From an uncultured Mollicutes bacterium (GTDB lineage Bacteria; Bacillota_I; Bacilli_A; RFN20; CAG-826): 56,044 nucleotides of DNA. A program made the translations under genes and the position numbers. Shown in pieces: positions 19,344-27,459 of this stretch (positions within the stretch are counted from its first letter, which is position 1; every line of letters begins with the position of its first letter). The stretch is taken from positions 1 through 56,044 of the forward strand of contig CAMNHN010000002.1 in the NCBI GenBank assembly GCA_946539555.1, given 5' to 3'. Under the pieces are notes generated by a model. That model was not told the origin of the DNA, searched no databases, and saw nothing but the letters and a program-made list of their open reading frames with translations.

Positions 19344-19387
19344 TTTCAACCAATTTCAAAATCGTTTATAATATCGATTGGTTGAAA
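19344..19387 (+). promoter_or_regulatory. ppdK promoter bracketed by an 11-bp inverted repeat
   Basis: TTTCAACCAAT (19344-54) and ATTGGTTGAAA (19377-87). Between them lie TTTCAA, 17 nt, and TATAAT (19367-72). AGGAGG sits 8 nt before ATG 19416. Confidence 0.55.
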
Positions 19388-19415
19388 ACAACTGCCTATT
19401 TAGGAGGTATTATTA

Positions 19416-22079
19416 ATGGCAAAACAATATGTTTACCTTTTCAAAGATGCTTATGGTTTAGGAAAACCATTACTCGGAGGAAAAGGCGCTGGTTTAGCAG
19501 AAATGACACACATTGGTGTACCAATCCCTCAAGGATTCACAGTCACAACAGAAGCTTGTACCAGCTATTATGACAACGGAAAGAAAATGTCAGAAGAAAT
19601 CGTTGCACAAATCGATGCAGCAATTAAAGAAGTTGAAGCACAATCAGGAAAATCATTCGGTGGTATCGATCCAACAAAAACTCCATTATTAGTTTCAGTC
19701 AGATCAGGCGCAAGAGTTTCTATGCCTGGTATGATGGATACAATTTTAAATCTTGGTTTAAATGATGAATCAGTCAAAGTTTTAGCAAAAGTTTCAGGTA
19801 ATGAAAGATTTGCTTACGATTCATATCGTAGATTTATCCTTATGTTCACAAACATCGCAAAAGGATGGCCAAGAACAGATATGGATAGAATGCTCGACAA
19901 AATCAAAGAAGACAACGGTTATAAAGTTGATACAGAAGTCAACACACAACAATTAAAAGATTTAGTCAAAGCATATAAAGCTTACTATAAAGAAAAATTT
20001 GGTGAAGAATTCCCAGCAGATCCATATGTACAATTACACGAAGCTGTTGAGGCAGTTTTCAGATCATGGGACAACCCAAGAGCTAACGTTTATAGACAAA
20101 TGAACTCCATTCCTTATTCATGGGGTACAGCTGTTAACGTTCAATCAATGGTTTTCGGTAACTTAAACGAAAATTCAGGTACTGGTGTCGCATTCTCAAG
20201 AGACCCATCAACAGGTAAAAAAGAAGTTTATGCTGAATATTTACCACAAGCACAAGGTGAAGACGTTGTTGCAGGTATCAGAACACCATTCCATATCAAT
20301 TATTTAAAAGAACAAATGCCAGATGTCTACGATCAATTCGCTAGAACAATCAAAGCCATGGAAGCACACTACAAAGATATGCAAGACATGGAATACACAG
20401 TTGAAAACGGCAAATTATTCTTCTTACAAACAAGAAACGGTAAGAGAACTGCAGCAGCTGCTCTTCAAATCGCTCTTGATTTATTAGATGAAGGCGTCAT
20501 CACAGAAGATGAAGCAGTCTTAAGAGTCGAACCAAAATTATTAGACTCATTATTACACCCAACATTCGATCCAAAAGCTTTAAAAGAAGCAAAACCTATC
20601 GCTGCTGGTAACCCAGCATCTCCAGGTGCAGGCTGTGGTCACTTATCATTTGAAGCAAGTGATGCAAAAGCAAGAAAAGAAAAGGGTGAAAAAGTTATTC
20701 TTGTCAGAGCTGAAACATCACCAGAAGATATCGAAGGTATGGTCAGTGCTGAAGCTATTCTCACAATGCGTGGTGGTATGACATCACACGCAGCAGTTGT
20801 TGCTCGTGGTATGGGTAAATGCTGTGTCACAGGTTGTAGCGCTGCTAAAGTTGATGAAGAAGCAAAAACAGTTACAATCAACGGTAAAGTTTATGGCGAA
20901 GGCGATACATTATCAGTTGATGGTTCAACAGGTAACATCTACGAAGGTCCACTCGCAATGGTTCCAGCAGATACAAAAGCTGGTAACTTCGGCAGAATGA
21001 TGAAACTTGCTGATAAATATAGAAGATTAAAGATCAGAACAAATGCAGATACTCCAAAAGATGCACAACAAGCAGCAGAATTTGGTGCAGAAGGTATTGG
21101 TCTTTGTAGAACAGAACACATGTTCTTCAGCGGAGAAAGAATTTTCCACATGAGAAAGATGATTCTTTCCGATACAAAAGAACAAAGAGAAGCAGCACTT
21201 GCTGAATTACTCCCATATCAAAGAGATGACTTCTATGGTTTATATATGTCAATGTCAAAACTTGATCAAATCAAGGTTAACGTTAGATTATTAGACCCAC
21301 CTCTACACGAATTTGTCCCACAAGAAGAAGACAAAATCGCTGAATTAGCAGTCGCTTTAGGCAAATCAGTTGCTGAAATTAAAGAAAGATGTGAATATCT
21401 CCACGAATTCAACCCAATGATGGGTCACAGAGGATGTAGACTTGACGTTACATATCCAGAAATTGGTCGTATGCAAGCAAGAGCTATCATCGAAGCAGCT
21501 ATCAAAGCAAGCAAAGAATTAGGTAGAGAAATCGAACCAGAAATCATGATTCCATTAACACTCGACCTCAAAGAATTCAAGTTTGTTAAGAAAATTATCA
21601 CTGATGAAGCAGATAAAGTTATCGCTGAAAACGGTGTTAACATGAAATACCACGTTGGTACAATGATCGAAATCCCAAGAGCCGCTTTACTTTCTAGCGA
21701 AATTGCTACTGAAGCAGAATTCTATTCATTCGGTACAAACGACTTAACACAAATGACATTCGGCTTCTCAAGAGATGATGCTTCTAAATTCTTAGGTGAC
21801 TACTATGCAACCAAGATTTTTGAAGAAGATCCATTCCAACACGTCGACCAAAAAGGTGTTGGTAAACTCATCAAGATGGCAGTCAAAGACGGTAAAGAAG
21901 CTAACCCAGCATTACACTGTGGTGTCTGTGGCGAACACGGTGGCGATCCAGAATCAATCGAATTCTTCAATAGAGTTGGATTAGACTATGTCTCATGTTC
22001 ACCATTCAGAGTCCCAATCGCAAGACTCGCAGCTGCTCAAGCTGAAATTCTCTTAAAGAGAGAAAAAGAAGGAAAATAA
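19416..22079 (+). CDS. ppdK: Pyruvate, phosphate dikinase
   Basis: 887 aa. N-terminus GGKGAGLAEM, phosphohistidine motif GGMTSHAAVVARGMG, and a C-terminal PEP-utilizer TIM barrel (GLCRTEHMF, FSFGTNDLTQ). Confidence 0.95.
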   Translation: MAKQYVYLFKDAYGLGKPLLGGKGAGLAEMTHIGVPIPQGFTVTTEACTSYYDNGKKMSEEIVAQIDAAIKEVEAQSGKSFGGIDPTKTPLLVSVRSGARVSMPGMMDTILNLGLNDESVKVLAKVSGNERFAYDSYRRFILMFTNIAKGWPRTDMDRMLDKIKEDNGYKVDTEVNTQQLKDLVKAYKAYYKEKFGEEFPADPYVQLHEAVEAVFRSWDNPRANVYRQMNSIPYSWGTAVNVQSMVFGNLNENSGTGVAFSRDPSTGKKEVYAEYLPQAQGEDVVAGIRTPFHINYLKEQMPDVYDQFARTIKAMEAHYKDMQDMEYTVENGKLFFLQTRNGKRTAAAALQIALDLLDEGVITEDEAVLRVEPKLLDSLLHPTFDPKALKEAKPIAAGNPASPGAGCGHLSFEASDAKARKEKGEKVILVRAETSPEDIEGMVSAEAILTMRGGMTSHAAVVARGMGKCCVTGCSAAKVDEEAKTVTINGKVYGEGDTLSVDGSTGNIYEGPLAMVPADTKAGNFGRMMKLADKYRRLKIRTNADTPKDAQQAAEFGAEGIGLCRTEHMFFSGERIFHMRKMILSDTKEQREAALAELLPYQRDDFYGLYMSMSKLDQIKVNVRLLDPPLHEFVPQEEDKIAELAVALGKSVAEIKERCEYLHEFNPMMGHRGCRLDVTYPEIGRMQARAIIEAAIKASKELGREIEPEIMIPLTLDLKEFKFVKKIITDEADKVIAENGVNMKYHVGTMIEIPRAALLSSEIATEAEFYSFGTNDLTQMTFGFSRDDASKFLGDYYATKIFEEDPFQHVDQKGVGKLIKMAVKDGKEANPALHCGVCGEHGGDPESIEFFNRVGLDYVSCSPFRVPIARLAAAQAEILLKREKEGK

Positions 22080-22100
22080 TTCTTCTTTCTAAATAAACCT

Positions 22101-22127
22101 AAAGACCAGTTCAAACTGGTCTTTTTA
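22101..22127 (+). terminator. ppdK intrinsic terminator
   Basis: AAAGACCAGT-tcaa-ACTGGTCTTT followed by a T-run. Confidence 0.85.
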
Positions 22128-22175
22128 ATTATAGTAAAAGCCTGTACAGTATTTTTACTTGACAGGCTATTTTTC

Positions 22176-22205
22176 TAAAAATAATACGTTTTTGCAGGGT
22201 TTTTC
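22176..22205 (-). repeat. Copy D of the 30-nt motif (GAAAAACCCTGCAAAAACGTATTATTTTTA on the minus strand)
   Basis: Starts 1 nt after the stop of the 84-aa gene. Aligns without gaps to 38921-50, 44956-85 and 53600-29. Confidence 0.7.
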
Positions 22206-22460
22206 TTAACCTAATGCCTTTTTTGAGAAATATAAATCATTATTTTCTGTTAAATGTCCAACCTTTTTATCATTAAGATAAATGTCTCCGGCCTCATCAA
22301 TATATCCAGCTAAATACGTTCCTTCAAGATATATTTCTCCATCTTCAGTGAGTTCAGCAAATCGTCTGCTATTGATATAAATAATGCCATTTCTATTTAC
22401 ATAGCCAACAGGCTCTTCACCGATATAAACATTTTTATTAAAGCAATCAATATAAATCAT
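22206..22460 (-). CDS. Small repeat protein (84 aa) with four to five ~16-aa G-x-IY-type repeats
   Basis: Internal periodicity: NVYIGEEPVGYVNRNG / IIYINSRRFAELTEDG / EIYLEGTYLAGYIDEAG / DIYLNDKKVGHLTENN / DLYF. The start lies 1 nt after the ispE stop and has no SD, which suggests translational coupling. Confidence 0.6.
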   Translation of the reverse strand: MIYIDCFNKNVYIGEEPVGYVNRNGIIYINSRRFAELTEDGEIYLEGTYLAGYIDEAGDIYLNDKKVGHLTENNDLYFSKKALG

Positions 22461-22461
22461 A

Positions 22462-23316
22462 CTAACTTAAAATATCACATTCACAGGTTTCATAACCTAA
22501 TTTATCATACTTATTTAACGTTTTCTTAAAATCATTCTTGTTTTTAGAAAGTGCAAAAACAGTAGAACCTGAACCAGACATCATTACACACTTAAAGTTA
22601 TTAGATTTTAAGTCATCAATTATTTCTTGAATTTGAGGAACTAATTTAATTGCAGGTTCTTGCAATGAATTTGAAATTATCGAATCTAATCGATCTAAAT
22701 CATCATTTATATAAGCTTCTTTAACTTCTTGAATATTACATAATTTAACATTTTCATAACTATCAATTAAATTAAAGATTTCTCCTGTTGAACATCCATC
22801 TTTAGGCTTTATAAGCAAGACTTTAAAAGGAGATTTATGATCAATTTCTTCTAAGACTTCGCCCTTGTTCAAAAGAAGTGCAGGTTTAGAAAAGAATGAC
22901 CAAGGAACATCTGAACCGACTTTAATTGATATATCTATAATTTGTTGTCTTGTTGGTTTGAGTTTTAAAAGTTTAATAATTGCTCTTAAAACTGCTCCAG
23001 CATCAGCAGAACTTCCGCCTAACCCGGCTTGTAAAAAAATGTTTTTATGTATTTTTACATTAAATCTTTCTTTAAAATCAAAAACTTCTCTAGCAGCATT
23101 AATCATTTTTCTAACAGAGTTGTATTTTGATATACGAATAGATGTTTCATCGCATGTAATGTAGTCGTCTTCTTTTTCGTATTTATTAATTGAAACTTCG
23201 ACTGCATCATGTAAAGAAATTGGTAACATTATAGACTCAAGATTGTGATAACCATCATCTCTTTTGTTAAGACAATTTAAGGAAAGATTTATCTTTGCAT
23301 AGGCTTTTTCTAACAT
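22462..23316 (-). CDS. ispE: 4-diphosphocytidyl-2-C-methyl-D-erythritol kinase (MEP pathway)
   Basis: N-terminus AYAKINLSL and the GHMP kinase motif GLGGSSADAGA. Confidence 0.88.
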   Translation of the reverse strand: MLEKAYAKINLSLNCLNKRDDGYHNLESIMLPISLHDAVEVSINKYEKEDDYITCDETSIRISKYNSVRKMINAAREVFDFKERFNVKIHKNIFLQAGLGGSSADAGAVLRAIIKLLKLKPTRQQIIDISIKVGSDVPWSFFSKPALLLNKGEVLEEIDHKSPFKVLLIKPKDGCSTGEIFNLIDSYENVKLCNIQEVKEAYINDDLDRLDSIISNSLQEPAIKLVPQIQEIIDDLKSNNFKCVMMSGSGSTVFALSKNKNDFKKTLNKYDKLGYETCECDILS

Positions 23317-23333
23317 AATTTTTACCTTTTTAA

Positions 23334-24149
23334 CTAAAATATTTTATTGTTTATCAGTGTCTCAGTCAACACAATAAATTGTTGAACGGATAATTCCTCA
23401 GCTCTTGCTGTTGGAAGGATATTTGATGCTTCTAAAATTTGTTGGGTTTTTTCTTTATCTCTTACAACAGAAGATAAATTATTTAATAAAGTTTTTCTTC
23501 TATTTGAAAAACAAATTTTGCTTGTTTTGTAGAGTTTTTCAGCAAAATCTTGGCTTTTTAAAGGTTTTTTGGTAATCTCAAATACTAAACTATCAACTTT
23601 AGGAACAGGGAAAAAGCACGTTTTTGGAACGTTCAAACAAGGTTTAATTTTATATAAATAAAGAAGAAGTACATTTAAAGCGTTATAATCTTTTCCTTTT
23701 GTTGATGTAAAACGTTCATAACATTCTTTTTGAACCATAAAGATTCCTTTTTCAAGGTTAGAAAAATTTAAACAAATTCTTTCGATGATGTCTGAAGAAA
23801 TATAATATGGTAAATTTCCTATAACTTTATTAAAAGAAAAATCTTTATATTTCAAAATGTTATTTTTTACAATTTCGATATTTTGATTTTCAAAATTCTT
23901 TTCTAAAAAATTAACAAATTTTTGGTCGTACTCAACAACCGTAAATCTCGATGGTTGTCCTACAATATAGCCAGTTAAAGCTCCAAGTCCTGGACCGATT
24001 TCTAAAACAGAATCTGAATTTTGAATATCTAGAAAATCGACAATATTTTTACAAACTTTTTGATTTATTAAAAAATTTTGTCCAAGTTCTTTTTTTGCGT
24101 GAGAATTTTCGAGTTTAAAGAAATCTATAATTTCATCTACATTAAGCAT
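23334..24149 (-). CDS. rsmA: 16S rRNA (adenine1518/1519-N6)-dimethyltransferase
   Basis: LGQNFL motif, SAM-binding EIGPGLGALT, and NLPYYISS. Confidence 0.92.
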   Translation of the reverse strand: MLNVDEIIDFFKLENSHAKKELGQNFLINQKVCKNIVDFLDIQNSDSVLEIGPGLGALTGYIVGQPSRFTVVEYDQKFVNFLEKNFENQNIEIVKNNILKYKDFSFNKVIGNLPYYISSDIIERICLNFSNLEKGIFMVQKECYERFTSTKGKDYNALNVLLLYLYKIKPCLNVPKTCFFPVPKVDSLVFEITKKPLKSQDFAEKLYKTSKICFSNRRKTLLNNLSSVVRDKEKTQQILEASNILPTARAEELSVQQFIVLTETLINNKIF

Positions 24150-24681
24150 TTAATAATTTCTCCAATTCTTCTTTTCTAACATTTAAGCAATTTAACTTCT
24201 TTAGTAGGGATTTTCCGTTAGATTTCCCAGTGTGATATGTTTCATCAACAATTTTTCTTAGTTCTTTAGAATTTTCGTTACCAATTAATCCTAATTCATA
24301 AAGATCATAATTGCTTAAATTATAGTCTTTATTTTCCTTATTATATATAACATAGTTTTCTAGAGCTCTTAAAACTTCACTTTTAGTTGATTCAGCAACA
24401 CCAACTTTATTCTTTTTTATAGAATATTCTTTTCTCACATATGCGTTTTTAACGTTTGCTATGTTCTCATTTAAATAATTTCTTATTTTTTCTCCAGGAA
24501 AATCAGGATCAGTTAAAATAATTATTCCTGTTTTTTCACTAACTTTAGATAAATATTGAGCATCTTTTTCGTTAACAGCAGAGCCATTTACACTATAAAA
24601 ATTAGCATCTAAAAACGAAGATAAAAAATCAATATCTGTTTTTCCTTCAACAACTATTAAATCATTAATTTTAGTTTTCAT
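24142..24681 (-). CDS. rnmV: Ribonuclease M5 (Toprim domain)
   Basis: VVEGKTD...ILTDPDFPGEKIR Toprim pattern. The order tatD-rnmV-rsmA matches Bacillus. Confidence 0.88.
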   Translation of the reverse strand: MKTKINDLIVVEGKTDIDFLSSFLDANFYSVNGSAVNEKDAQYLSKVSEKTGIIILTDPDFPGEKIRNYLNENIANVKNAYVRKEYSIKKNKVGVAESTKSEVLRALENYVIYNKENKDYNLSNYDLYELGLIGNENSKELRKIVDETYHTGKSNGKSLLKKLNCLNVRKEELEKLLNA

Positions 24682-25471
24682 AATTAATATTCAAAATTTC
24701 AAGACTATTTTTTAATGCTATATCTTGCATTTCTTGATAACTAATATTTAACATCTCTGCGGCAAATTTTACTGTTTCACAAATATATTTTGGCTCATTC
24801 ATTTTTCCTCTAAAAGGAGTAGGGGCTAGATAAGGAGCATCAGTTTCAAAAACAATGCTTTCCTTTTTTATATTTAATAAAGTTTCTTTAGTGTCTTTAG
24901 AATTCTTAAAAGTTAGAACTCCTCCAAAAGCAATTTTATATCCGAGTTTTTCGTATTCTTTTGCCATCTCTTTACTACCAGAGTAGCAGTGCATAATTCC
25001 TGTTTTTTTAACTTTGTGTTCTTTTAAAATATTAAAACAGTCTTGAATTGCGTCTCTACAATGGATAGATATAGGTAAATTTAGTTCGTTTGCGAGCTCA
25101 ATTTGCTCTTTAAACATAATTTTTTGCTTTTCTTTTATTTCAGGAGCCTTTTCCCAATAATAATCAAGACCGATTTCTCCGATGGCAATCACCTTTTTTG
25201 AAGATTTTGCAAGAGAGCGAATTTCTTCAATTGTGCCTAGATTTTCTTCGCTTTTTAGCTCATATTGCTTGTGTTCAGTAGGTATAATACCGACTGCAGC
25301 ATAGATTTCTGGGTATTTTTCTGCTAATTTTATAGCTAATTTACTACTTTCAACGTCATATCCGATACATAAAAACCTTTTAACACCGCTTTCTAGAGCT
25401 TCATTAAAATGTTTATCAAAATTTTGATAAACTCTTTCATCATTAAAATGGATATGTGTATCAAATATCAT
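24671..25471 (-). CDS. tatD: TatD-family metal-dependent hydrolase/DNase
   Basis: IFDTHIHF..., GEIGLDY, IHCR and ETDAPYL motifs. Confidence 0.9.
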   Translation of the reverse strand: MIFDTHIHFNDERVYQNFDKHFNEALESGVKRFLCIGYDVESSKLAIKLAEKYPEIYAAVGIIPTEHKQYELKSEENLGTIEEIRSLAKSSKKVIAIGEIGLDYYWEKAPEIKEKQKIMFKEQIELANELNLPISIHCRDAIQDCFNILKEHKVKKTGIMHCYSGSKEMAKEYEKLGYKIAFGGVLTFKNSKDTKETLLNIKKESIVFETDAPYLAPTPFRGKMNEPKYICETVKFAAEMLNISYQEMQDIALKNSLEILNINYEN

Positions 25472-25472
25472 T

Positions 25473-26798
25473 CTATTTTCCTACACAGAATCTTGAAAAT
25501 ATCTCTGCTGCAATATCAAAATCATTATCTTCACCAGTTAAAGACAATACTTTTAAATAAGCATCATGAATTTCACTATTGATAATATCTACTGGTAAAT
25601 TATTTTGATTATCTATTTTAATTTTTAGCAATTGTTCTTTTAAATTTTCTAGAATTCCTAACTCTCTAGTGTTAGCAATAGAAGGGTTGGAATAGTTGTT
25701 TTTTGACAAACCTAATCTTTTTATAATTTCTTCTTTTAAAGGGTTAATATCATTTTGAAGAGCAGAAATATAAAGATTATTATCATCTTTTTCTTTATAT
25801 AAGTCTGATTTATTATAAACAAGAATATGTTCTTTGTTTTTAACAAATTCTAATATGTTTTTATCTTCCTCATCTAAATTTAAAGAATCAAAAACAACCA
25901 AAACTAAATCTGCTTCATTTAATTTATTAATGCTTTTTTTAATTCCTATTTCTTCAACTACATCGTTACTTTCTCTAATACCAGCAGTGTCATATAAATT
26001 GATAATAACACCGTTAAGGTTTATTTTTCCTTCAACGACGTCTCTAGTTGTACCTTTTACATTGGTAACAATAGCTTTATCTTCTTGAAGAAGTGCATTT
26101 AAAATTGAAGATTTACCAACATTTGGTTTACCAACAAGAGCGACCTTAATGCCGTCTTTAATAATTCTTCCTTTGTTTCCGTTTTCAATTAAGTTTTCGA
26201 TGTATTTAATATTATCTATGCAAAAATCGTTTATTTTTTCAAAATTTGCTTCTTCAATGTCTGTATATTCAGGGTAATCAATATTTACTTCAATTAAACT
26301 TAATATATCTCCAAAGCTCTTTTTAAGTGGGGCAATTAATTCAGATGTTTTTCCAGTTAATGCCATCATAGAGATTTTTTTACTTTCTTCACTTTCAGCA
26401 TTAATAAGATCATTAATTGATTCAGCTTGAATCAAATCCATCTTATTGTTCATGTAACTTCTTGAAGAAAATTCTCCACCTTGAGCAAGCCTAGCGCCGT
26501 TTTTAACTGCAACTTCAATTATCTTGTTAAATATAAGTGGTGAACCATGAGATATAATTTCAACGCTATCTTCCCCAGTAAATGAGTGAGGACCTTTATA
26601 AGCAAGTAAAACAACTTCGTCAATTATTTCGTCTTCGTCTTTAATAAGTCCATGAAAAATAGTTGATTTAGTTACATTATTTAAATCTTTAGAGAAAAAT
26701 TTGTCTACTACAAAAAAACAATCATCACCACTTAATCTAATGATTGCAAGCGCACTTTTAATAGGTGCAGTAGCAAGGGCAACAATTGTTTCAAACAT
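25473..26798 (-). CDS. mnmE: tRNA modification GTPase MnmE
   Basis: N-terminus ETIVALATAP, G-domain GKPNVGKSS / DTAG / NKSD, and a C-terminal CVGK. Start trimmed to ATG 26798; the track uses an upstream TTG that overlaps jag. Confidence 0.92.
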   Translation of the reverse strand: MFETIVALATAPIKSALAIIRLSGDDCFFVVDKFFSKDLNNVTKSTIFHGLIKDEDEIIDEVVLLAYKGPHSFTGEDSVEIISHGSPLIFNKIIEVAVKNGARLAQGGEFSSRSYMNNKMDLIQAESINDLINAESEESKKISMMALTGKTSELIAPLKKSFGDILSLIEVNIDYPEYTDIEEANFEKINDFCIDNIKYIENLIENGNKGRIIKDGIKVALVGKPNVGKSSILNALLQEDKAIVTNVKGTTRDVVEGKINLNGVIINLYDTAGIRESNDVVEEIGIKKSINKLNEADLVLVVFDSLNLDEEDKNILEFVKNKEHILVYNKSDLYKEKDDNNLYISALQNDINPLKEEIIKRLGLSKNNYSNPSIANTRELGILENLKEQLLKIKIDNQNNLPVDIINSEIHDAYLKVLSLTGEDNDFDIAAEIFSRFCVGK

Positions 26799-26802
26799 AT
26801 TT

Positions 26803-27456
26803 TTATTCTTCTGTTTGTTCAGCTTCCTCTGTTTCTTCAACAGCAGAAGTACCTTTTTCTGGAGCGTATTTAATAACGACAGCTCTTAATTTTCCATCAC
26901 CAACAGATTCAGTTTTAATATTTTTCCATGTACTTAATGCGTTATGGATTTTCTTTCTTTCATCTGGTGTCATTGGATCGAGTTTTACATCAACGTGTGT
27001 CTTTAAAACTTCTTTTGCGTAGCGTTTTGCAATAGAAATAACTTTAAAATATTTCTTATCTTTATAACCGCCAACATCAAGTAAGATTTTATATTTCTTA
27101 GAGAAATTTGATGAAACAGCAAGCTTTGTTAATTCATTTAATGATTGCAAACAAGCGCCGTTTTTTCCGATTAATATCGAATTTTTATTTGTTTCAAGTA
27201 AGACTTTAATTACATCGTCTCTATAGAATGTTTTAAGGCTTGCATCCATACCTAAGTTGTGGCAAATATCCTTAATATATTCTTCAATAAATTCGATAAC
27301 ATCTGAAGTTTCTTCAACAGAAATTGTAACTTTTTTAACGAAGAGACCTTTTTTCTCTTCTTCAATTTTGTATTTGATATCTTTTGCTTCAACTTGAAGA
27401 TCTTGAGCAGCCTGATTGAGACATTCTTCAAGTGTTTTTGCCGTATATTTTCTCAT
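26803..27456 (-). CDS. jag: Jag/KhpB RNA-binding protein (Jag_N + KH + R3H)
   Basis: Conserved position between yidC and mnmE. KH-like IGKNGACLQSL and an R3H-like C-terminus (MTPDERKKIHNALS). Confidence 0.85.
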   Translation of the reverse strand: MRKYTAKTLEECLNQAAQDLQVEAKDIKYKIEEEKKGLFVKKVTISVEETSDVIEFIEEYIKDICHNLGMDASLKTFYRDDVIKVLLETNKNSILIGKNGACLQSLNELTKLAVSSNFSKKYKILLDVGGYKDKKYFKVISIAKRYAKEVLKTHVDVKLDPMTPDERKKIHNALSTWKNIKTESVGDGKLRAVVIKYAPEKGTSAVEETEEAEQTEE

Positions 27457-27459
27457 GAA

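Noticed and set aside
19322-19347. AT-only inverted repeat TTTTTATATAT-tttt-ATATATAAAAA upstream of ppdK
   Set aside because: It is pure A/T low-complexity sequence and is expected by chance in a genome this AT-rich. I see no evidence of function.
22139-22168. Hairpin AGCCTGT-(16 nt)-ACAGGCT as the terminator of the ispE/84-aa operon
   Set aside because: Not rejected outright, but not called as a feature. The loop is 16 nt, and on the minus strand the hairpin is followed by only a 3-4 T run. On the plus strand it would be a redundant second terminator after the strong ppdK one.
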